Below, piece after piece: positions 19,115 through 26,194 of a DNA stretch of 32,000 bases (position 1 is its first letter; each line of letters starts with the position of its first letter). The stretch lies in NCBI GenBank assembly GCA_021498095.1, contig JAIZWK010000001.1, forward strand, positions 3,180,001-3,212,000, written 5' to 3'. The stretch comes from Candidatus Harpocratesius repetitus (GTDB lineage Archaea > Asgardarchaeota > Lokiarchaeia > Sigyniarchaeales > Promethearchaeaceae). The notes beneath the pieces are model-generated. The model worked only from the letters and a program-made list of their open reading frames with translations. It was not told where the DNA came from and ran no database searches. A program made the translations under genes and the position numbers.

Positions 19115-19955
19115 TTAAATAAATACAATGAGAATAATTTAAACATGTGTGGCATTTTGGATGATCAATTCGTTTTGAGCGCTGAATTAATTCTGATATA
19201 GAATCAGAATCTGTATTATTATCCGCTTCTAAAATCGGGGTGATACCAAAAATACCCGTTATAGACTTTCGTGGAAAAAGAGTATAAAATTTTGATACAG
19301 AAAGGCCAATCTTAACAGGAGCTTGCAATAGGGAAAGGATTATTGGCTGCACATTTAAACTCAAATCACCATAACCGGGAGAAAATCTAAAAGTAAACTG
19401 CATTCCCTTATCATTATAAGATTTTTCAACAGAACGTTGTCTTTCATCACATACCGCTTCAACATATGCACTGGCAGCTGCATCATAAATTATCCCATGA
19501 GCTAAATCGAATTTATTATAATAAGCAATTTGTTGATCGATTTTATACCCCAATGTCACCGCAACAATGCCGCATTGACTACTTTTTTTCAATAGTTTGG
19601 TTAAATCTTGAGAGTTAAAAACAATATTCGAATTTTTTAAGATAATTTGGGGTGGATCCATAGAAACACTAATTGGAAAAAAGGATATAAGAAATTGTGG
19701 GCGTGAATGGGAAATAACTTCATCAATTATTTCCAGAATCTCTTGATCCATTTCACTGTAGCGCACATTATTCTCACTGTTCTTCTCACTGTTCTTCTCA
19801 CTGCTCTTCTCATTGTTCTTCCCATTTTTCCCTACACTCAGATATTGAGCTTTTTCTCTTTTAATTTCTTTTTTTTCCATTACCTTCTGCTTTATTGGAT
19901 TTAAACCTTCAATATACCGTTTAACTTCGGGTAATAGAGTTTGTGGTGAAATCAT
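19074..19955 (-). CDS. Stand-alone methionine synthase AdoMet activation domain protein
   Basis: VAVTLG, YDAAASAYVEA, FRFSPGYGDL and PRKSITGIFG, plus a C-terminal CxxC...C...C cluster. Overlaps the metH start. Confidence 0.88.
   Translation of the reverse strand: MISPQTLLPEVKRYIEGLNPIKQKVMEKKEIKREKAQYLSVGKNGKNNEKSSEKNSEKNSENNVRYSEMDQEILEIIDEVISHSRPQFLISFFPISVSMDPPQIILKNSNIVFNSQDLTKLLKKSSQCGIVAVTLGYKIDQQIAYYNKFDLAHGIIYDAAASAYVEAVCDERQRSVEKSYNDKGMQFTFRFSPGYGDLSLNVQPIILSLLQAPVKIGLSVSKFYTLFPRKSITGIFGITPILEADNNTDSDSISELIQRSKRIDHPKCHTCLNYSHCIYLSEGTYCEYRKRNL
19771..19818. repeat. 12-bp in-frame tandem repeat x4 inside the activation-domain gene
   Basis: ttctcactgttc ttctcactgttc ttctcactgctc ttctcattgttc; encodes the NNEKSSEKNSEKNSEN stretch. 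Confidence 0.85.
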
Positions 19956-20092
19956 TCGAGTTTTCTCCCTATTAAATTATGAATATTTAATATTATTTGG
20001 TGATAAGATATATGGCATTATAAAAAAAAAAAACAAAAAGAAGAAGAAGAATAATTTCTTGCTCTCATTTGATAATATCTATTATATTGCTA

Positions 20093-20962
20093 TTATATTA
20101 AATCATGGATCTTTTCAATTATTTTTTGGGCAATGTGAGGTTTGTTCATGGTATATATGTGAATTCCATCTATCCCGGCTTGAATAAGTGCTCGAATCTG
20201 CTTTACAGCATAATTAATTCCAAATTCTTCCACCATTTGAGGATCATCTTGTCGTTTGCTTAACTCTTGAAGTAAAGATGGGGGAAAAGTTGCTCCACAG
20301 AGCGATGCAATTCGCTTAACCTGTTTTATATTTGTAACCGGCATAATCCCAGCAGAAAATGGAAGGTTTACTCCAAGTATATGTAGTTTTTGAATGCTAT
20401 CGAGTAGGAAAGCGTTATCAAAAAACATCTGTGAGATAAGAAAATCTGTTCCTTGTTTGACTTTATAGGCAACATTTCTAAAGTCTGTTTCTTGATTCGG
20501 CGCTTCAATATGTCCTTCAGGATAAAAAGCTGCACCGATGCAAAATTTTCCCTCTGATTTTAAAAATTGAATCAAATCGCTGGCAAATTCAAAATGCAGT
20601 GGAGTAGGAAAGACAAAATTTGGATCAGTGGGTAAATCTCCTCGCAATGCTAGAACATTTTGAATATTGTGATTTTCAAGATCTTGAACAATGCGATGAA
20701 TTTGATCTTTCGTAGAACTAATGCACGTTAAATGAGCTAAGGGTTCTATTCCGAAATTTTCTTTGATTAATCCAGCAATCTCAATTGTTCGATCTCGAGT
20801 ACTTCCACCAGCTCCATATGTAACACTCATATAATCAGGTTTTAATTTACTGAAAGTTTCCAGTTGGTTTACTAATTTATTAATCGGAAAGTTCTTTTTT
20901 GGTGGAAAAATCTCAAATGAAAGTACTAGATGCTTGTTGGAATAGAGTTGACTTATATACAT
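20093..20962 (-). CDS. metF: 5,10-methylenetetrahydrofolate reductase (bacterial type)
   Basis: SFEIFPPK, SVTYGAGGS, AHLTC, LALRGD, AAFYPEGH, ISQMFFD, AGIMPV, IHIYTMN. ATG at 20962 preferred over TTG at 20971. Confidence 0.95.
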   Translation of the reverse strand: MYISQLYSNKHLVLSFEIFPPKKNFPINKLVNQLETFSKLKPDYMSVTYGAGGSTRDRTIEIAGLIKENFGIEPLAHLTCISSTKDQIHRIVQDLENHNIQNVLALRGDLPTDPNFVFPTPLHFEFASDLIQFLKSEGKFCIGAAFYPEGHIEAPNQETDFRNVAYKVKQGTDFLISQMFFDNAFLLDSIQKLHILGVNLPFSAGIMPVTNIKQVKRIASLCGATFPPSLLQELSKRQDDPQMVEEFGINYAVKQIRALIQAGIDGIHIYTMNKPHIAQKIIEKIHDLI

Positions 20963-21201
20963 TTTACGCAAACCTATTGATGGAAAAGAAGCGTTCTTCT
21001 TAAAATTATGGGATGGGCGGAAATAGAGAATTTCTACCGTATGTGTCCAAAAACATATAGTTTTTTTAAAAATATATTAACATTTCATACCATTATTCTC
21101 TAAATATTGCATATGTGTTGAAAATCTAATTAATAATCTTTACATTTGCTTTTTGCAAAATATTTAAATAGGTGTATTGATACTATTTACTTGAATTCGA
21201 T

Positions 21202-21217
21202 TTAATGTTAACATTAA
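21202..21217. promoter_or_regulatory. Perfect 16-bp palindrome upstream of hsp20 (candidate repressor site)
   Basis: TTAATGTTAACATTAA, followed by a second GTTAAC at 21218-21223. TTTAAATA TATA-like box at 21163-21170. AGGAGG SD at 21261-21266. Confidence 0.5.
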
Positions 21218-21275
21218 GTTAACAAACATTCAATTCATAAAAATCAAAATAAAAAAAAGAAGGAGGCGTGATAGT

Positions 21276-21872
21276 ATGAAACTACCAGACATCTTTGAAG
21301 AATTTGATGCACATTTCAACAAAATTTTCGATGAATGGAATAAATTCGATGAAGAATTTGAAAGAATGATTGAAGAAAGCAAAAATAATGAAAATACTTA
21401 TCAATTTACCTCTCACTACGAAAACTTCTATGATTCCAGTGATGAAAACAAAAGTTACTCTTTGACCTATAAATATGAAACAGGCATGGATGAACCAGAA
21501 ATTACCATTGAAGGAAATGTTGATGATGAAACCATAAATAACTTCGTGAAAAACATAGAAAACCGATTTGGACGCAGCTTTAAAACACTTCCCACCAATA
21601 GAATAAAACGCTTGATTGCAGGAAAATCTAAAAAGAAAGATTCAAAGAAAGAGAAGCAAGAGATCCCATCTGAAAAAAGTTATACATTTGAAATGCCTGG
21701 AATTGGAAAGAATGATGTTGAAACTAAAATTAACGATAAGATCCTAACAATCACAGGAAAGAAAAACAAACTATTCTATGAAAAACGCGTCCATCTTCCC
21801 TTTGAACCTAAGAAAAAGGTTGACGTGAAAGCTGACAATGGGTTAATTACTGTCACGGTCTATCGAAAGTAA
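21276..21872 (+). CDS. hsp20: Small heat-shock protein (Hsp20/alpha-crystallin domain)
   Basis: Acidic/Phe-rich N-terminus and C-terminal alpha-crystallin pattern (FEMPGIGKNDV...LTITG...YEKRVHLP...ADNGLITVTV). Strong SD. Confidence 0.82.
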   Translation: MKLPDIFEEFDAHFNKIFDEWNKFDEEFERMIEESKNNENTYQFTSHYENFYDSSDENKSYSLTYKYETGMDEPEITIEGNVDDETINNFVKNIENRFGRSFKTLPTNRIKRLIAGKSKKKDSKKEKQEIPSEKSYTFEMPGIGKNDVETKINDKILTITGKKNKLFYEKRVHLPFEPKKKVDVKADNGLITVTVYRK

Positions 21873-21906
21873 TATAGAAATATGTTTAACCTCATATCTC
21901 TACAGG

Positions 21907-21943
21907 AAAAAGCCAAATATTCACTTTACTTTTTGGCTTTTTT
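21907..21943 (+). terminator. Hairpin plus T-tract after hsp20
   Basis: AAAAAGCCAAA (21907-21917) pairs with TTTGGCTTTTT (21932-21942); T-rich sequence follows. Confidence 0.5.
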
Positions 21944-22094
21944 CAAAATTATTTGAACTAATTGATAGATAAGCATATTTTTTTGTTTTTTTAGTTTTCT
22001 TTGTTCTTTTTTCTTATTTTCTAATCTTCTAATCTAATTATCTATTATTTGAATCTTAAAATCTCTGAATCTCTGAGTTCTTTTAATCGGATTC

Positions 22095-22577
22095 TCAACG
22101 TTGAAGGTAAAGTTTTATTTCTTTCTCTTTTTTTTTCGTAATATTTTCGAGAATGCGTAACTTTTGATTGATTCGATATAATTCCCTTTTAGTAATTAGT
22201 TCCATGGCGTTTAATAGGCGGCAAAAATCAATTAACTGCATAATTGCGAATTTATAACTCATTCCGAGAAGTAATAATGGTCTATCTTCAGTAACTATGG
22301 CAACATCATCGTTTTTTGTGCCATAACTCAAAATACTGGCATCTGCTTTATCGAATCCTTGACTAATTGCATCTTCATAGATCCTTTTATTCTTTACTGG
22401 TAAAATTGAAAGTTTAGAAGAGATACATGAAGATAAACCCCGGTGATTAAGTTCTTCAGAAACAAAATGAGTAATACAAACTTCAAAAGTATCGTAGATG
22501 GGGTCAAAATCGAATAATGATTCTGAAATCAAAAGATCGATTTTTGCCCAGGAAAAAGTATCTATAAAAATTTTCAT
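22095..22577 (-). CDS. PIN-domain protein (VapC/DUF3368-like toxin)
   Basis: IFIDT, VSEEL, DKADASI and IVTED provide the PIN acidic tetrad; C-terminal helical extension. ATG at 22577 preferred over 22598. Confidence 0.78.
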   Translation of the reverse strand: MKIFIDTFSWAKIDLLISESLFDFDPIYDTFEVCITHFVSEELNHRGLSSCISSKLSILPVKNKRIYEDAISQGFDKADASILSYGTKNDDVAIVTEDRPLLLLGMSYKFAIMQLIDFCRLLNAMELITKRELYRINQKLRILENITKKKEKEIKLYLQR

Positions 22578-22688
22578 TAAATAATTATTTAGTATCAAAA
22601 ATATTAAATTTATTAAATTTATTAAGCTACTTATTGTAGCGATTAAAATGTATCAATAATTATAAATCAAAATTATGAGTTAAAAATT

Positions 22689-23015
22689 ATGAGTCAAATA
22701 AATATTAGAATAAACAAGCAGACAGATCAACTTTTTCAATATCTGGCAAATAAAAGGAAAATAGCAAAAGCAACCTTGGTAAAGGAACTTTTATTGGAAA
22801 ATTTAAAGGAGAAAATACTAAAGCAGTTATTGGATGAGTATGAAAAAGGGGAAATACAACTAAAAACCATTGGAAAATTGCTAGAAATACCTCCACATGA
22901 ATTATTTAAAATTGTTTCGGAAAACCATATAGAACCCCCCATTACAGATGAAATTGATGAATACACCCAGCAAGTCACAGATAAGCTTATTGAAAAATTG
23001 AAAATTGAAAATTGA
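22689..23015 (+). CDS. RHH + UPF0175-like antitoxin
   Basis: MSQINIRI beta-strand/RHH start, then LLDEYEKGEIQLKTIGKLLEIPPHELFKIV (UPF0175-like HTH). Divergent from the PIN gene. Confidence 0.75.
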   Translation: MSQINIRINKQTDQLFQYLANKRKIAKATLVKELLLENLKEKILKQLLDEYEKGEIQLKTIGKLLEIPPHELFKIVSENHIEPPITDEIDEYTQQVTDKLIEKLKIEN

Positions 23016-23044
23016 AAAAAAGTAATAATTGTAGATTATTTTTT

Positions 23045-24220
23045 TTATTTCTCAACAATCGTTTCTTGTATAGGCATTCCGAAATGAGTAGCAGATGGCC
23101 CGATACATACTAAAATTTCATCTCCAACACGTATTTCAGAAACGGAACGGGAATTGAAATTTTTATCTAAAAAACGAACCGTTTCAGCATGTTGACATGT
23201 AACTGAAAAAGATTCGATAATATCTGAATTCTCATGATGGACGCTTATTTCAAATAAGAGTAGTGGTCGACGTTCAATTTTTACTCTGCTAACAGAAACA
23301 AATCGTCCCTTTCCTTGAGTATTTGCAATCCAAATACGATCGCCGGCTTGTATTTCAATTAAATATTTAGTAGATAGTGCCATTTTCCCGTTTTCATCTA
23401 AAGTAGGAATAAGAACATATTCAGAGACGTCGCCAGCGTTGATCCGAAACGGGCGGGCAGCAACAAATTCAGATGGATGCACCTCTGCTTCCACAAACGC
23501 AAATCCACGAGCTGTATTTCCAACTAAAAGACCCTCTCCTGTATTTAGTAGAGACGAAGTATCTACGCATACTCGATCTCCTGAAGGAATAGGTGTAATT
23601 TTGGTGATTCTACCAGAAATTAAAGACAACGTAAAGGATTCTCTCGTAAGATCAACAAGTTTCTTTAGATTTTGAAGTGTTTCAGGAGCAAATATTACAC
23701 CATCCGCACCTCTTTCTAATGTTTTACTTACCAAAGTAAAATCTTCGATTCGAGAGTCAATATCAACAAAAAGCAAGGGGGCTCTGGCTTGAGATTGCTG
23801 AAAGAGAGCAATTAAGTTTTCCAATGGAATAACCTTCCAATCTTTAAAATGAATAAATACTGCAAATATTTTTTGTTTAATAGCCTTCTGAATAGTCTCT
23901 AATTGAACCGACAAGCCTTTTTCATCGATTTCTACATAGATCGCCTTATCTTGTTTTGAATCTTTTGAGGAAGATAGAGAAGAAGAATGAAAAACTTTTA
24001 GTTCAATAAATTGAGAGTGAACAGGATGATCGGAAAATTCATACAAGATCAAATGAGAATAATGCTTGAATTTTGCTATTTGGCTGCTGTTTATTAGAAA
24101 ATGCATGAGCCCCATATTTAGAGCAGCTTGAACTAAAGTCTGCAATCGGGATTCATCGTTAATTTGTGAGACTTTCACAATAATTTTTTTTTGAGATTCG
24201 TTCGAGGAATGTGCCATCAT
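23045..24220 (-). CDS. 3-dehydroquinate synthase II (archaeal type, aroB')
   Basis: LERGADGV, GDRVCVDTSSLLNTGEGLLVG, RPFRINAG, RVKIERRPL, AETVR, HFGMPIQETIVEK. Confidence 0.9.
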   Translation of the reverse strand: MMAHSSNESQKKIIVKVSQINDESRLQTLVQAALNMGLMHFLINSSQIAKFKHYSHLILYEFSDHPVHSQFIELKVFHSSSLSSSKDSKQDKAIYVEIDEKGLSVQLETIQKAIKQKIFAVFIHFKDWKVIPLENLIALFQQSQARAPLLFVDIDSRIEDFTLVSKTLERGADGVIFAPETLQNLKKLVDLTRESFTLSLISGRITKITPIPSGDRVCVDTSSLLNTGEGLLVGNTARGFAFVEAEVHPSEFVAARPFRINAGDVSEYVLIPTLDENGKMALSTKYLIEIQAGDRIWIANTQGKGRFVSVSRVKIERRPLLLFEISVHHENSDIIESFSVTCQHAETVRFLDKNFNSRSVSEIRVGDEILVCIGPSATHFGMPIQETIVEK

Positions 24221-24632
24221 TTTATATTTTTTTCAATTTAATCTTGTGCAATACGCAATAATTATTAAAATATTTCCATCTTGAAATCTATATATTTTTT
24301 CAATATATGAGGCTCTAGCAATTTTTTTTATTTTAATCAAATTCTATCTTTTGAGCCAATATTTTCGACAATACTCCCACGCATCCAATTACTATTTGAG
24401 TCGATATCTTTAAAACATTAAATGCGGTCAAGAATTTCATATTTTCATCATTTTTCTTTGAATTATTGACTTAATTATATACATTTTTCTTAAACGATTT
24501 TTCGACAATTTTAAAATTGGGATAGATTTGGAGTTTATGGATAAATGATGCAAGATTTCCGAATTTTCTTCAATTTTTCGAATTCTGCTATAACCTCATA
24601 TTATTCTATTAATTTTAAAAGAGTAAATTCTT

Positions 24633-25145
24633 CTAAAGATTCATATAATATAGAATTTCATCCACATAACCTTCCCCTTGGCGATTTATAGAGCCTTTTG
24701 GAAGACATCCATATTGTTTAAATCCCATTTTCTCATAGAATTTTCTAGCTGAGAGATTATTTTCCCAAGTTTCCACTAATAAAATTCTTGCATTATATCG
24801 TCTAATCCATTCTTTTGCAAATTCAAATAGTAATTTACTTATTCCTTTGCCTCTATATTGTGGAGCAGTAACAACTGAAAATAATGTAAAACGATCGTTC
24901 GGTTTAGGCCCTAAGCAACCTTCTAGCACTAACGATGCAATTAATTCTTGTTCATATTCTGCAACTAACCTAACTCGAACTTGAGATTTATCTTTCAACC
25001 ATAGATCTCCTTTTTTTAATGCAGCAATTCCATCTGGTGAATTCATTTTATCATATAAATATTTAACAAGTTTGGGAGGATCATTCTCAAAATCATATTC
25101 TCTAAATATTAATGGTGATCCATTAAATTGAATTTCTCTTTTCAT
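24633..25145 (-). CDS. GNAT-family N-acetyltransferase
   Basis: VVTAPQYRGKGISKLL (acetyl-CoA motif A) and NLSARKFYEKMGF (motif B). Confidence 0.9.
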   Translation of the reverse strand: MKREIQFNGSPLIFREYDFENDPPKLVKYLYDKMNSPDGIAALKKGDLWLKDKSQVRVRLVAEYEQELIASLVLEGCLGPKPNDRFTLFSVVTAPQYRGKGISKLLFEFAKEWIRRYNARILLVETWENNLSARKFYEKMGFKQYGCLPKGSINRQGEGYVDEILYYMNL

Positions 25146-25306
25146 AGGAAAAAAAGAATTGGATAATAAATAAAATTATTGATAAAATTACAAGTATCAC
25201 CTTCTCCTTATTATAAATAATGGACTCCTAGACATTATTATATTTAGAAACGCATATAATTAATTATAATATAACAGAAATTTACTAAAAACGGTAGAAA
25301 AATCTT

Positions 25307-25963
25307 ATGGTATTTCGTAAATTATTTCCCAGCAAAAAAACCCAAAGTGAAAAACTGACCACAGAAGCTCGATTAAAGAACTTAACGCATAATTTAGATA
25401 TGAAAATCAAAGATTACGAAAACAAAGCACAATTATGCCGTTCTAAAGCAAAGAATTTTCTAAAATCGGGTAACCAAAAAGCAGCTAAAACCATGCTCAT
25501 TCGTTATAAACAATTCCAAAATAAAATTTTACAATATAATGCTATGATAATGCGGGCTGAACGACAACTAGATGCTTTGGAACAAGCCAATGTTATTTCA
25601 GATGTCGCAGGAACTATGGAAAGTGCAGCAGTTGAATTGAAGACGGCAGCTACCACAGTTAATGCAGAACGCGCCTTAGAGATTACAGAAGAAGCAGAAG
25701 AAAGCATTGAGCAGATTAATGAAGCAGGAGAACTTTTTGCTGGAGATCCAGAAGTTGATATGGGAATTGATATTGACGAAGATCTTTCTCAGTTGGAAAC
25801 GGAATTGATGCTGGAAGATGCTGGTCAGCTTCCTGAAACACCCGAAGAAAAGATGGAAAGTATTTCATTATACAGTTCAGAATCAGAACCGGAGAAAGAA
25901 ACAAAAGATTCCGATGCATTAAAGAAAGAGATTGAAAAATTGAAAAAGGAATTGGATATGTAA
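25307..25963 (+). CDS. ESCRT-III (Snf7 family, Vps20/32/60-like) protein
   Basis: N-terminal amphipathic MVFRKLF. Snf7-like core (GNQKAAKTMLIRYKQFQNKI...QLDALEQANVISDVAGTMESAAVELK), IDEDLSQLETEL, acidic Pro-containing linker (LPETP), C-terminal MIM1-like helix LKKEIEKLKKEL. Confidence 0.88.
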   Translation: MVFRKLFPSKKTQSEKLTTEARLKNLTHNLDMKIKDYENKAQLCRSKAKNFLKSGNQKAAKTMLIRYKQFQNKILQYNAMIMRAERQLDALEQANVISDVAGTMESAAVELKTAATTVNAERALEITEEAEESIEQINEAGELFAGDPEVDMGIDIDEDLSQLETELMLEDAGQLPETPEEKMESISLYSSESEPEKETKDSDALKKEIEKLKKELDM

Positions 25964-25967
25964 AATA

Positions 25968-26096
25968 ATGAAAAATACATATACTCATCTCCCATTACAA
26001 TCAAAAGAACAACCTAAACAGAAAATTTGTCCATATTGTGGATGTGAATATGAAGAAGATTATTGTCCTAATTGTGATCAAATGATAGAATCTTAA
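25968..26096 (+). CDS. 42-aa zinc-ribbon microprotein (CPYC-x8-CPNC); not in the ORF track
   Basis: ATG 4 nt after the ESCRT-III stop. Translation MKNTYTHLPLQSKEQPKQKICPYCGCEYEEDYCPNCDQMIES*. T9 tract at 26102-26110 follows. Confidence 0.7.
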   Translation: MKNTYTHLPLQSKEQPKQKICPYCGCEYEEDYCPNCDQMIES

Positions 26097-26194
26097 TCTT
26101 ATTTTTTTTTATTTCTGAGAATCCTAAAATGAACTAAGAATTTTTACTGAGAAAAAATAGAGTAAAAAATGAGTATTTGCAAAATTTTTTATTA

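Noticed and set aside
20972-21060. Possible SAM or cobalamin riboswitch upstream of metF
   Set aside because: Only short hairpins (AAGAAG/CTTCTT); no SAM-I or B12-box consensus recognisable.
24221-24632. Intergenic ATGATGA (minus strand) as a second C/D sRNA, plus short open frames
   Set aside because: No CTGA boxes at the right spacing; frames are under 40 codons without motifs.
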